The translations under genes were made by a program, and so were the position numbers. From Methanomassiliicoccales archaeon (GTDB lineage: Archaea; Thermoplasmatota; Thermoplasmata; Methanomassiliicoccales; UBA472): a DNA stretch of 64,000 bases. This document shows positions 9,024 through 17,262 of this stretch, one piece after another (the first letter of the stretch is position 1; every line of letters begins with the position of its first letter). The stretch is taken from assembly GCA_013415865.1 (NCBI GenBank), contig CP058896.1, forward strand, positions 267,957 through 331,956. Direction: 5' to 3'. The notes under the pieces are model-generated. The model saw nothing but the letters and a program-made list of their open reading frames with translations. It had not been told where the DNA came from and searched no databases.

Positions 9024-10017
9024 AGATCTCCACCATTACTTTGGTCATGTCCCTGCCGTTGTAACCAAGGCCAGCAAGGTCTAGTAGAGTCTGTGATGGC
9101 GATACGACCTTCACTCCTTGAATGATGTTGGCATCAGTATACACATCTCTGTCCGGCCTTAGAATTTGGAGCTTGATCTCATGATCTCCATCCCTCAGTT
9201 CCTCAATGTCGGCCAAGAGCTCCTTGTCAAGAGCATTGACATACATCTGCAACACATCAAAACGGACCGAATGTGCCGTGTACAATGAACCGGCTATGTG
9301 ACCTGTGAATGCAAGCGGGATAGACCTCCTATCTGAATATAAAGTGATCTCTCTCGCGATATCCAATAGCCCATCTCCTCGGACCTTGACCTCTTTGACG
9401 ATGAGAGATGATAGAGGTCTTTCCCATGCGACCCCGTTCAGAAGCTTATCGACATCGACCAACGAAATCGATGTTCCTTTTTTTACCGCGATGCCCTGTT
9501 CTATCAACCCTGTCACCGTGGTGTGGGCCCACCCATATGAAACGTTCTGCCCTATGGCAAGGGCCCTTATTGAGCTGGACCTCGCCTTTAATAGACCTGA
9601 GATGATCTTCCAGGATTTCTCTGTCGTCAGGCTCATGAACCTTTTTGTCCTGACCTTATCTGAACGGGGTAAATTCATGTTCTTAGGGAGCTCTATGACC
9701 TCTATGCCAAGCTGGTCTGACAACTCATGTACCTTTTTTGATATTGATCCTGTGATCAATATGAACTTTGAATTCTGTACGCTGTTGTTCTTCGAGATAA
9801 GATCTTTGAACAGATTGATATAGGCCACGTCGCCCAGGGCAGCTCTCCTTGTTATCTGAATATAAGATCTTGATCCAGAGGTTCTTCCTATAGCAAGGAT
9901 GTCTATTTTGAGGTCTTGATACATTTGATCAAACAGAATGTCCTGGGCATCGTTGTCACCGAGATACGATTGAATGATCTCTAGCAATTTATTTCGATCG
10001 TCTTGAGATGACATCAT
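9010..10017 (-). CDS. AbiEi-like antitoxin/transcriptional regulator with extra N-terminal restriction-endonuclease-like (Mrr_cat-like) module
   Basis: The track ORF runs to 10068. I prefer ATG 10017 (MMSSQDD...) because a TATA-like box (10038-10046) and operator repeats lie just upstream. The N-terminus DILAIGRTSG..YIQITRR...KFILITGSISKKVHELSDQLGIEVIEL is Mrr-like. The middle has a wHTH-like segment, ALAIGQNVSYGWAHTTVTGLIEQGIAVKKG. The C-terminus VKVVSPSQTLLDLAGL is AbiEi-like. Confidence 0.55.
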   Translation of the reverse strand: MMSSQDDRNKLLEIIQSYLGDNDAQDILFDQMYQDLKIDILAIGRTSGSRSYIQITRRAALGDVAYINLFKDLISKNNSVQNSKFILITGSISKKVHELSDQLGIEVIELPKNMNLPRSDKVRTKRFMSLTTEKSWKIISGLLKARSSSIRALAIGQNVSYGWAHTTVTGLIEQGIAVKKGTSISLVDVDKLLNGVAWERPLSSLIVKEVKVRGDGLLDIAREITLYSDRRSIPLAFTGHIAGSLYTAHSVRFDVLQMYVNALDKELLADIEELRDGDHEIKLQILRPDRDVYTDANIIQGVKVVSPSQTLLDLAGLGYNGRDMTKVMVEIYGKL

Positions 10018-10025
10018 ATCGCTAT

Positions 10026-10125
10026 TTACTGATATGTTTATATAATTATCACTGATACATATCTTCAATCAGCAATAACATTCGATTCTATCAGTAATAT
10101 TCGCAAGGAATGATGGTATCAGTAA
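10026..10125 (-). promoter_or_regulatory. Four-copy operator-like motif (TATCAGTAA / TTACTGATA) around a TATA-like box of the AbiE-like operon
   Basis: On the plus strand I read TTACTGATA at 10026-10034, TCACTGATA at 10049-10057, TATCAGTAA at 10089-10097 and TATCAGTAA at 10117-10125. This makes two proximal and two distal copies in inverted orientation. TTATATAAT at 10038-10046 sits between the proximal copies, 21-29 nt upstream of ATG 10017. Confidence 0.45.
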
Positions 10126-10226
10126 AATTAAACCATTCGATTATAGGTCCATACGAGCGGCATTTATCGAGATGTGATGAGAAAAATATATGATTAGGGG
10201 GAGGAACTTTCTATAATGGTGATGGC

Positions 10227-10568
10227 ATGGTTCAGTGTCCTGAGTGCGGTAGCTTTGACTCTGAAGGCCTTGGGTTCTGCATCGCCTGCGGAAAGGTCCT
10301 GCCCGTCTCAAAGAAGGGAGAGGGGGCTGGCAGGAACGTTCATGGTCCTATAGAGAAGGGCGCCCCGATGGACCTCGGTCAGGCGAGGAACGAGGTTATC
10401 ACGAGCCTGTCATTGGTGGCGATGACCGCGGCATTGATCCTGATGTACCTGCTGGCAAATGACACGGACCCTTTGCTCATCATCATGGTCGAGTCGTTCC
10501 CGTTGCTATGGTTGATCATAATATTGATGCAATGGCGCTCCATCGGGGGCAAGAGCGGCAATCTGTGA
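10227..10568 (+). CDS. Zn-ribbon membrane protein, hypothetical
   Basis: 113 aa. It starts MVQCPECGSFDSEGLGFCIACGKVL (zinc ribbon) and then has two hydrophobic helices. Confidence 0.5.
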   Translation: MVQCPECGSFDSEGLGFCIACGKVLPVSKKGEGAGRNVHGPIEKGAPMDLGQARNEVITSLSLVAMTAALILMYLLANDTDPLLIIMVESFPLLWLIIILMQWRSIGGKSGNL

Positions 10569-10718
10569 ACAGGCAAGGCACGCCTCCTTTTCCAAAGAAA
10601 TTGATCATCGCCGCCCGAATGTGATGTTGATCAGGATCTGCCATAAGGGGTCGGTGCAGGGGCATTGAGCATCTATTGATAATGCCGACGTTCAGTTGGC
10701 TTGGAGGCCGCTCCTTTT

Positions 10719-11594
10719 TCAGACGTCCACGACGTGCGCCCCGTACCTCCCCTCAGGGATCTGTCCTATCTTCCAGCCAATGCCTGTGGTCTCACAGTAG
10801 AAGTAATCTACGCCGTTCTCAGTATAATAAGTGCCCCAGGCGTCCTCGCTCGCAACGCCCGCTGCGATGTGGTCCTCATAGATTATTATGGCGGCATCGA
10901 CGCCCATCGCCTCAGCAATCGACGCGAAGAGGAAGCCAGTGTCCTCGCAGTCCCCGGCATAGTTCACCAGGGTCTCAACTGGGAACGTCCAATAGTCCTC
11001 AGCCTGGAACTGGTCTATGTCATATCTGTATGGGATGTACTGGACGAAGGCCAAGGCCAGTTCGAGCGTCTGATAGTCCGAGAGGCCTGCCCTGTCACCC
11101 ATCTCGATGATGTTCGTGGCCACCTCCGCTATGACCGGGTCCCACGGCGTTATGAAGTCTGCCACGTGGTCGTAGTCTATGTTGCCCCAGTAGTCAGAGG
11201 TGAAGTGCCTGGTGATGCTGATATCGGCGTAGAACTCATACTGCTGGTCCGTTATGTTCAGCTTCATCACGTACTCCCTGCCTTCGTATGTCCATTCGTA
11301 GAGGCGTTCCCCCTCGCCGACCTCGACGGGTTTGGTGATCCCCTCTATCACGATGTAGCCTTGATAGGCGACATAGAAGAACGAGGCCACGATAAGTGAT
11401 ACGACCACAAGGGCGATGATCGGGGCCTTCTTATTGACCGGCCTGGGCTGTGCGGGGGTCGGCATCGTTGCATTCGGGCCCTGGGCCTGTGCAACTTCCA
11501 TCCTGTTCTTTCCGCAAAAGGGGCAGAAATTGCCCGTCGACTCTACGTTTGCACCGCATTGGGCGCAGGTCCATCTGCTGTTATCGTCTGACAT
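10719..11594 (-). CDS. Zn-ribbon / TM / transglutaminase-like cysteine-protease-fold protein
   Basis: 291 aa. The N-terminus WTCAQCGANVESTGNFCPFCG is a zinc ribbon, followed by a TM (APIIALVVVSLIVASFFYVAY). The extracellular domain has a transglutaminase-core-like motif, NYAGDCEDTGFLFASIAEAMGVDAAIIIYEDHIAAGV (Cys...His...). Confidence 0.7.
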   Translation of the reverse strand: MSDDNSRWTCAQCGANVESTGNFCPFCGKNRMEVAQAQGPNATMPTPAQPRPVNKKAPIIALVVVSLIVASFFYVAYQGYIVIEGITKPVEVGEGERLYEWTYEGREYVMKLNITDQQYEFYADISITRHFTSDYWGNIDYDHVADFITPWDPVIAEVATNIIEMGDRAGLSDYQTLELALAFVQYIPYRYDIDQFQAEDYWTFPVETLVNYAGDCEDTGFLFASIAEAMGVDAAIIIYEDHIAAGVASEDAWGTYYTENGVDYFYCETTGIGWKIGQIPEGRYGAHVVDV

Positions 11595-11620
11595 GGGTCA
11601 TGGTCGGACCTCAGTGCCAG

Positions 11621-11628
11621 ATATAAAT
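11621..11628 (-). promoter_or_regulatory. TATA-like box for the transglutaminase-like gene (near-leaderless)
   Basis: ATATAAAT on the plus strand (ATTTATAT on the coding strand) lies about 27 nt upstream of ATG 11594, which fits archaeal-type spacing. A T8 run is adjacent. Confidence 0.3.
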
Positions 11629-11773
11629 TTTTTTTGAAAGTCCGATTGGTCGATGAGATAACGTGGTCCGGAATTCTGGTGCCCCGGACCGTTCCCAACG
11701 AAGGCGCTCTCATAGAAAGGATAAATGACCGCAAACCATTATAGTTCCAGTCATCGTTCGACCGCTGTTCAGC

Positions 11774-14700
11774 ATGCACCGAAGGACCATTTCCCTGCTC
11801 ATCTGCATGATGATGCTGATGACACTGACCCCCGTGACGTCGGCCATAGGTTCCAATTCGACAGAGGTCCCGGTCCTAATTACTTCAGGGCCAGATGGAA
11901 TGACGGCAGATCCAGGGAAGGCAGTGCCGACAGGCTACCGCCTTGCCACAGAGGACGACATCTCGCTGATCAAGCTGCAGCTCTTCGGAGACGGTGAGTC
12001 AAACACCTCACTAACGATGGACCTTATGACAGGGGATAGGATGTTCCCCACTGGCCTCCTCATTCCGACCAATGATGAGCTGGATGGGATGGTCGGAAGG
12101 CTGCTCCTGCCAAATGAGGGCGGCCATGTGCTGACGGAGGCCTTCCCAACTTCCTTCGACCTTTCCATCGAGCCTTACTTCCCCCAGATCAGGAGCCAGG
12201 GGAGCGAGGGGTCCTGCGCCGCCTGGGCGATCATCTATTATAACTTCGGTTACCTGGAGGCGGTGGACAACGGGTGGGACGATGCATATCAGGGTAACAA
12301 CGAGCATCTTCTGAGCCCGGCATGGTCGTACAACAAGGTCGTTTACAACGGCTACGGCTCATCGCTGCAGGACAATGCCCTCGTGGCGCAGAGAACTGGC
12401 ATATGCACCTGGGCGGAGATGCCCTATGTGAACGGGGACCATATCAGCTGGGGCGGCGAGACCGCCTGGAGGGGCGCCCCCTTGCATAAGATATCGGACC
12501 AGGTCTACCATCCGTTCTCGGACAGCTCGACCATCGAAAGCATCAAGGAAGCATTGCTGTCGAAGCATCCGGTCAGCATCGCTATCGACGCCACGCCCAT
12601 CAACGGCGCGCAGCCCGCTTTCTCGGACGGAAACAAGATCTTGTCGTCCGCTGAGTACAGCTCGACGACGACGAACCATGGGGTCACCATCGTCGGCTAT
12701 GACGATTCCGTGACGGACGATGGGGATGTCGGCGCCTTCAAGATAGCGAACTCTTGGGGGGCCTCCTGGGGGGAGAACGGATACTTCTGGATGACCTACG
12801 CCGCGATAAAGGAGGTAGGCAACAAGCTCCAGATGACGACCCTGATAGACATCGAGGATAACCGCCCGACGGACCTGGCCGTCTGGCACTTCGACCCTGC
12901 TCCGACGAGGGAGGCGAAGGTGAAGCTCTCTGCGATAAGGGTCTTAGACGGTCTGGTGATGAGCACGGTGGAGCCCTTCTTCGACTGTGGTTCTAGCGAT
13001 AGAATGCCTGATTTTATGGTGCAGGACATCAGCGAGCTATCGCCATACATCCAGGACCAGAGATACAGGATAGACCTTTCTATCGGAGACGGGGCGCTTG
13101 ACGGCAGTGTGTCGTCCTTCAGGCTGGAGAGGTGCGCTATACCATATGTCAATGGAAAGGCGTCGATGGCAAGCGGCCAGTCCCCTGGCGTTCCGTTCCT
13201 CACGCCCGGGCATGCCTCCGTGCAGCTCCTAGGGACCGAGGTAAGCGCCCCTGAGGCGCTGTCCTATGACGGGGCCTTCTCCTTCCTTGGCAACGCGCAA
13301 TGGGTCGGGATGAGGGACGTCAAGGGACGGGAGCATGTCATGAGGAGCGGCGATGTCGGGAACGGCAATTATTCCTCGCTGATCGTCCTCCTGCACGGCC
13401 CCGGGACGTTCACCTTCGATTGGGCGGTCTCGTCCGAGATCAACGTCGACCGTCTTTCTGTCAACATGGATGGTATGCTTAAAGAGAGCATCACGGGAGC
13501 GAGCGATTGGGCCACAAGGTCGATCGAGGTGCCTTCGGGGTTCCATCACATATCCTTCATCTACGCCAAGGACGCGACGGCGAGCGCGAACGACGACTGC
13601 GGCTATCTCGACAATATTTACTGGAATGGAGGGAGGGTCGCGGTCTTTGACGATTTCGAGAATTCTGATCTCACCTGGACATTCGCTGACATGAACCCTT
13701 CCTCGGGCGAGGATTCGTGGAATGGGAGCACCCTCTTCCGCTGGTCTGGCTCAAGGTCGCTATGGTGCTCCGAGGACGGGATGGGGACTAACGGACGGCC
13801 TAACCATCTCAACGGATACTATGATAAGGAGATGGATGCGGTGGCGGTCCTCGCCCTGCCTGACCTTTCGCTCTTCAAGGAGGCGAGGATGTCCTTCGTG
13901 TATTGGGCGGACACCGGCACCACCTCGCTGTCGGACCTGGCCTACGTCAGGGCCCTGGATCATGAAGGTTGGTCCATCATATGGACGCAGCCCTCGCCCG
14001 TTACCACTGGGTGGACGGTGGTGGACCTCCCGCTCCCGGTCGATGTCACGCAGCTAGAGCTGTGCTTCCACAGCGATGATGTCGCAGAGGCAGGGACCCA
14101 TAAGGGGGTGTTCATCGATGCCCTGCTGATGACCGTATGGGAGGAGGAGGTTCCGTCGCCCCCGGTGTCGTCCATCGACCCTCTGCCGAGCTTTTGGAAC
14201 AGGACGTCGCTGAACATGAGCTACACCGCGAGCGCTTACAGCGGGAAGGAGGTGGACCATGTGCAGGTCTTCTTCAGAAAGGGAACATCGGGCAACTACT
14301 CGCTGTATGCCCCGATCTCCAACCCGTCCGGCAACTGGACCTCCGGTATAGTTCAGGTCGAGCTGGAGGGGCTCGGCCTCGGTGAGGGGTTGTATCAGTT
14401 CTACTCGTTGGCATATGACAGTGGTGGGCTTGTCGAGACAGCTCCTTATGCTCCAGATGCATCGACGACCTTCGACCTCGGGGCGCCAGTCACGACGCTG
14501 TCGCACAACGGCAAAGATCCCCCGGCCTGGAATCCCCCGGGCGTGAGGGTGACCTTGAGCGCTGGCGATGCCGTGAGCGGGGTGTCGGCCATATACTACA
14601 AGATCGACAATGGGCCATGGACCTCTTATTCCCTACCCTTCTTCCTGACGTCCCACGGTCAGCATGTCGTCCGATATTATTCGGTGGACAGGGCCGGCAA

Positions 14701-15922
14701 CTCTGATGTTGTGCGGTCGGTCGTCCTGAACATAGACAGCCTCGACCCCGTCTCGACCAGCACCCTGACCGGTGAGGTGGGCGAGGACGGATGGTACATC
14801 GGGCCTGTGGTCGTCAATATCACCTCCACCGACCAGGGCAGCGGGGTGTATCGCATAATATACCGCATCGATGACGGTCCCTGGACCACCTACCGTGGCA
14901 GCTTCATTCTGGACATCGAGGGAAAGGATACGCTGTACTACAGGGCACAGGACCTTGTCGGCAACATCGAGTCCGAGAAATGCGTCATGCTGAGCGTAGA
15001 CTCCGCCCCGCCCATCACGCGGGCATCGATAGAGGGCCCGGGCCTCATCGAAGACAAGATGTTCAACGGCCCGGTCATGATAGCGTTGGCATCGGAGGAC
15101 GCCAGGAGCGGCGTGTCCTTCATAGAGTCCTCATTGGACGGGGGCCCGTGGCTCACATACTCTGGGGCCTTCGTGGTGAGCGAGGAAGGGGCCCATGAGC
15201 TCAGGTACAGGGCCACCGACGGGGCGGGCAACGTGGAGGATATCAAGGCCTTGGCTTTCATGATCGACATGACGTCACCGATGGTCGGAATGGTGGTCAA
15301 TGGCACTTCTGTGAACGAGGGATGGTACGTCGGGGACATAGTGATAGAGATGAATGCCGCGGATGCCCTTTCTGGGATAAAGGGATTGACCTACAGGGTC
15401 GACGGCGGGGACTGGAAGGATGCGGATGGGAGCAATGCCACCATCTTCGTCTCGGGGGAAGGCGGGCATACGGTCGAGTACATGGTCGTCGACCTTGTCG
15501 GGAATGCGCTCTCGTCATCAATCGGGGGGCTGAATATAGACACCATCGCTCCTTCCATTACCTTCGGCGCGGTGGATGGGGCCGTATCGAACACCACGTC
15601 CCTGGACCTGGATGTCTCGGTCAGCGACGCGGGGAGCGGGGTGTCGTCGGTACGATATATATTAGATGGCGGAGAGGAGGTCCTGATGCCGGACGGGACC
15701 GTACATCTGAATGGTCTTACGGAGGGGGGCCATGAGCTCGTGGTGGTCGCGGAGGATGCTGCGGGCAATGTTGCAAGTGCGAGTCTGACCTTCATCGTGG
15801 ACCTACCTGATCCTCCTCTCGAGGAGGATGATGGCCCAGATGAAATGGTGCCGATCGTGATCGCGGCCCTTGCGGGCTTTGCTGCCGTCATCGCCGTGTT
15901 ATTGGTCTTCAGAAGGAAATGA
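11774..15922 (+). CDS. Secreted, C-terminally anchored papain-family (C1) cysteine peptidase with large beta-rich stalk and tandem Ig-like modules
   Basis: 1382 aa with an N-terminal signal-like helix (ISLLICMMMLMTLTPVTSA). The catalytic motifs are QGSEGSCAAWAI (Gln/Cys), NHGVTIVGYDD (His) and ANSWGASWGENGYFWM (Asn-Ser-Trp). The C-terminal TM is VPIVIAALAGFAAVIAVLLVFRRK. Confidence 0.8.
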   Translation: MHRRTISLLICMMMLMTLTPVTSAIGSNSTEVPVLITSGPDGMTADPGKAVPTGYRLATEDDISLIKLQLFGDGESNTSLTMDLMTGDRMFPTGLLIPTNDELDGMVGRLLLPNEGGHVLTEAFPTSFDLSIEPYFPQIRSQGSEGSCAAWAIIYYNFGYLEAVDNGWDDAYQGNNEHLLSPAWSYNKVVYNGYGSSLQDNALVAQRTGICTWAEMPYVNGDHISWGGETAWRGAPLHKISDQVYHPFSDSSTIESIKEALLSKHPVSIAIDATPINGAQPAFSDGNKILSSAEYSSTTTNHGVTIVGYDDSVTDDGDVGAFKIANSWGASWGENGYFWMTYAAIKEVGNKLQMTTLIDIEDNRPTDLAVWHFDPAPTREAKVKLSAIRVLDGLVMSTVEPFFDCGSSDRMPDFMVQDISELSPYIQDQRYRIDLSIGDGALDGSVSSFRLERCAIPYVNGKASMASGQSPGVPFLTPGHASVQLLGTEVSAPEALSYDGAFSFLGNAQWVGMRDVKGREHVMRSGDVGNGNYSSLIVLLHGPGTFTFDWAVSSEINVDRLSVNMDGMLKESITGASDWATRSIEVPSGFHHISFIYAKDATASANDDCGYLDNIYWNGGRVAVFDDFENSDLTWTFADMNPSSGEDSWNGSTLFRWSGSRSLWCSEDGMGTNGRPNHLNGYYDKEMDAVAVLALPDLSLFKEARMSFVYWADTGTTSLSDLAYVRALDHEGWSIIWTQPSPVTTGWTVVDLPLPVDVTQLELCFHSDDVAEAGTHKGVFIDALLMTVWEEEVPSPPVSSIDPLPSFWNRTSLNMSYTASAYSGKEVDHVQVFFRKGTSGNYSLYAPISNPSGNWTSGIVQVELEGLGLGEGLYQFYSLAYDSGGLVETAPYAPDASTTFDLGAPVTTLSHNGKDPPAWNPPGVRVTLSAGDAVSGVSAIYYKIDNGPWTSYSLPFFLTSHGQHVVRYYSVDRAGNSDVVRSVVLNIDSLDPVSTSTLTGEVGEDGWYIGPVVVNITSTDQGSGVYRIIYRIDDGPWTTYRGSFILDIEGKDTLYYRAQDLVGNIESEKCVMLSVDSAPPITRASIEGPGLIEDKMFNGPVMIALASEDARSGVSFIESSLDGGPWLTYSGAFVVSEEGAHELRYRATDGAGNVEDIKALAFMIDMTSPMVGMVVNGTSVNEGWYVGDIVIEMNAADALSGIKGLTYRVDGGDWKDADGSNATIFVSGEGGHTVEYMVVDLVGNALSSSIGGLNIDTIAPSITFGAVDGAVSNTTSLDLDVSVSDAGSGVSSVRYILDGGEEVLMPDGTVHLNGLTEGGHELVVVAEDAAGNVASASLTFIVDLPDPPLEEDDGPDEMVPIVIAALAGFAAVIAVLLVFRRK
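14480..15805 (+). repeat. Five tandem ~85-95-aa Ig-like/beta-sandwich modules inside the C1 peptidase gene
   Basis: A repeated signature D-x-x-SG(V/I)-x4-Y-x-(I/V)DGG(P)W-x-n-G-x-H-x-(V/L)-x-Y-x3-D-x-(A/V)GN occurs five times: DAVSGVSAIYYKIDNGPW..., DQGSGVYRIIYRIDDGPW..., DARSGVSFIESSLDGGPW..., DALSGIKGLTYRVDGGDW..., DAGSGVSSVRYILDGGEE.... Confidence 0.6.
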
Positions 15923-16035
15923 TCCGGACCGAGGCAATAGGATGATTGGCCCAAATAACGCCGTGGCGCAAGGTCGGGCGGAAACTGAGGTCATCATATA
16001 CCATCAGAGACGATGCACCGGCAGGAGAGGGAAGG

Positions 16036-17199
16036 ATGAGGCTGGACGTCAGCGAGCGCTCGAAGATGATAGTGCAGTCCGAGATAAGGAACATGACGCT
16101 GGAGTGCAACCGGTGCGGGGGCATCAACCTGGCGCAGGGGGTGTGCGACCTCGAGGTGCCGAAGGTCGTCATCGACGGCGCCTGCGAGGCGATGAGGCAG
16201 GGCACGAACGCCTACACGAGATATGACGGGCTGCAGGTCATAAGGGACGCGATAGCCCACAAGTTCAGAACGTTCAATAAGGCCGAGATCGACCCTGATA
16301 GCAATATCATCGTGTCCGCAGGGGCGACCGGTGCCTTCTACTCGGCCTGCATGGCCCTGCTGAACCCGGGGGACGAGGTCATCATCTTCGAGCCCTTCTA
16401 CCAGTACCACGTGAACACGGTGCTGGCGGTCGGGGCTAGGCCTGTCTTCGTGAGCATGAGGGGGGAGGATTGGAGGATAGACATCGATGAGCTCCGCTCC
16501 GCCATCAACGATAGGACGAGGGCGGTGGTGATAAACACCCCCGGGAACCCTTCGGGAAAGGTGTTCCCAAAGGAGGAGCTGAAGGCGATAGGGGACGTTT
16601 GCATCGAGAAGGACCTCTTCCTGTTCTCCGACGAGATCTACGAGTATTTCGTGTACGACGGGCTGAGGCACGTCAGCCCTTGGTCATTGGAGGAGCTGAG
16701 GGAAAGGACGATCGTGATCTCAGGCTACTCGAAGACGTTCAGCATCACCGGCTGGAGGCTCGGGTACGCGGTCTGCGATGAGCGGTGGGCGCAGATGATA
16801 GGGTATGTGAACGACCTTGTGTATGTGTGCGCGCCGGCGCCGCTGCAGGTCGGGGTGGCGAAGGGCATAATGGAGCTGCCACCGTCGTATTATGAGGATG
16901 TAGCGAGGATATACCAGGCGAAGAGGGACATGATGGTGGATGCCCTGAGGAAGGTGGGGATGGAGCCGATAGTGCCGAGGGGGGCGTATTATATTCTGGC
17001 AGATGTCAGTAAGATCCCAGGCGTAAGTTCTAAAGAAAGAACGCTATGGTTGCTATCCAAGACAAAAGTTGCGTCTGTCCCTGGCTCGGCTTTTTATTCA
17101 ACGGGCAATGGAGAGAATTTTGTCAGGTATTGCTTTGCAAAAGATACGACCATCCTGAAAAGATCGATCGATGGTCTGAAGATGTTGAATACCTTATGA
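16036..17199 (+). CDS. Pyridoxal-phosphate-dependent aminotransferase, class I/II
   Basis: Start set at ATG 16036 (MRLDVSERSK). The PLP-lysine motif SGYSKTFSITGWRLGY is present, along with NTPGNPSGKVF and a typical fold-type-I layout. The substrate cannot be assigned from sequence alone. Confidence 0.85.
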   Translation: MRLDVSERSKMIVQSEIRNMTLECNRCGGINLAQGVCDLEVPKVVIDGACEAMRQGTNAYTRYDGLQVIRDAIAHKFRTFNKAEIDPDSNIIVSAGATGAFYSACMALLNPGDEVIIFEPFYQYHVNTVLAVGARPVFVSMRGEDWRIDIDELRSAINDRTRAVVINTPGNPSGKVFPKEELKAIGDVCIEKDLFLFSDEIYEYFVYDGLRHVSPWSLEELRERTIVISGYSKTFSITGWRLGYAVCDERWAQMIGYVNDLVYVCAPAPLQVGVAKGIMELPPSYYEDVARIYQAKRDMMVDALRKVGMEPIVPRGAYYILADVSKIPGVSSKERTLWLLSKTKVASVPGSAFYSTGNGENFVRYCFAKDTTILKRSIDGLKMLNTL

Positions 17200-17262
17200 T
17201 CTTTTGATCAAAATTATATCGAATTTCATTAATATTACCATCGCTCTTCCCATTTTTCATCG

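Noticed and set aside
10676-11399. Plus-strand ORFs of 144 and 232 aa lie opposite the transglutaminase-like gene.
   Set aside because: They are antisense shadow ORFs. The minus-strand frame carries the Zn-ribbon, the TM and the transglutaminase core motif.
11665-11690. The hairpin GGTCCGG-n12-CCGGACC shares its 7-nt stem sequence with hairpin 1 of the 49.9-kb element, which might suggest a repeat family.
   Set aside because: Only the 7-mer is shared, and the loops and flanks differ. With two occurrences, chance in GC-rich DNA cannot be excluded.
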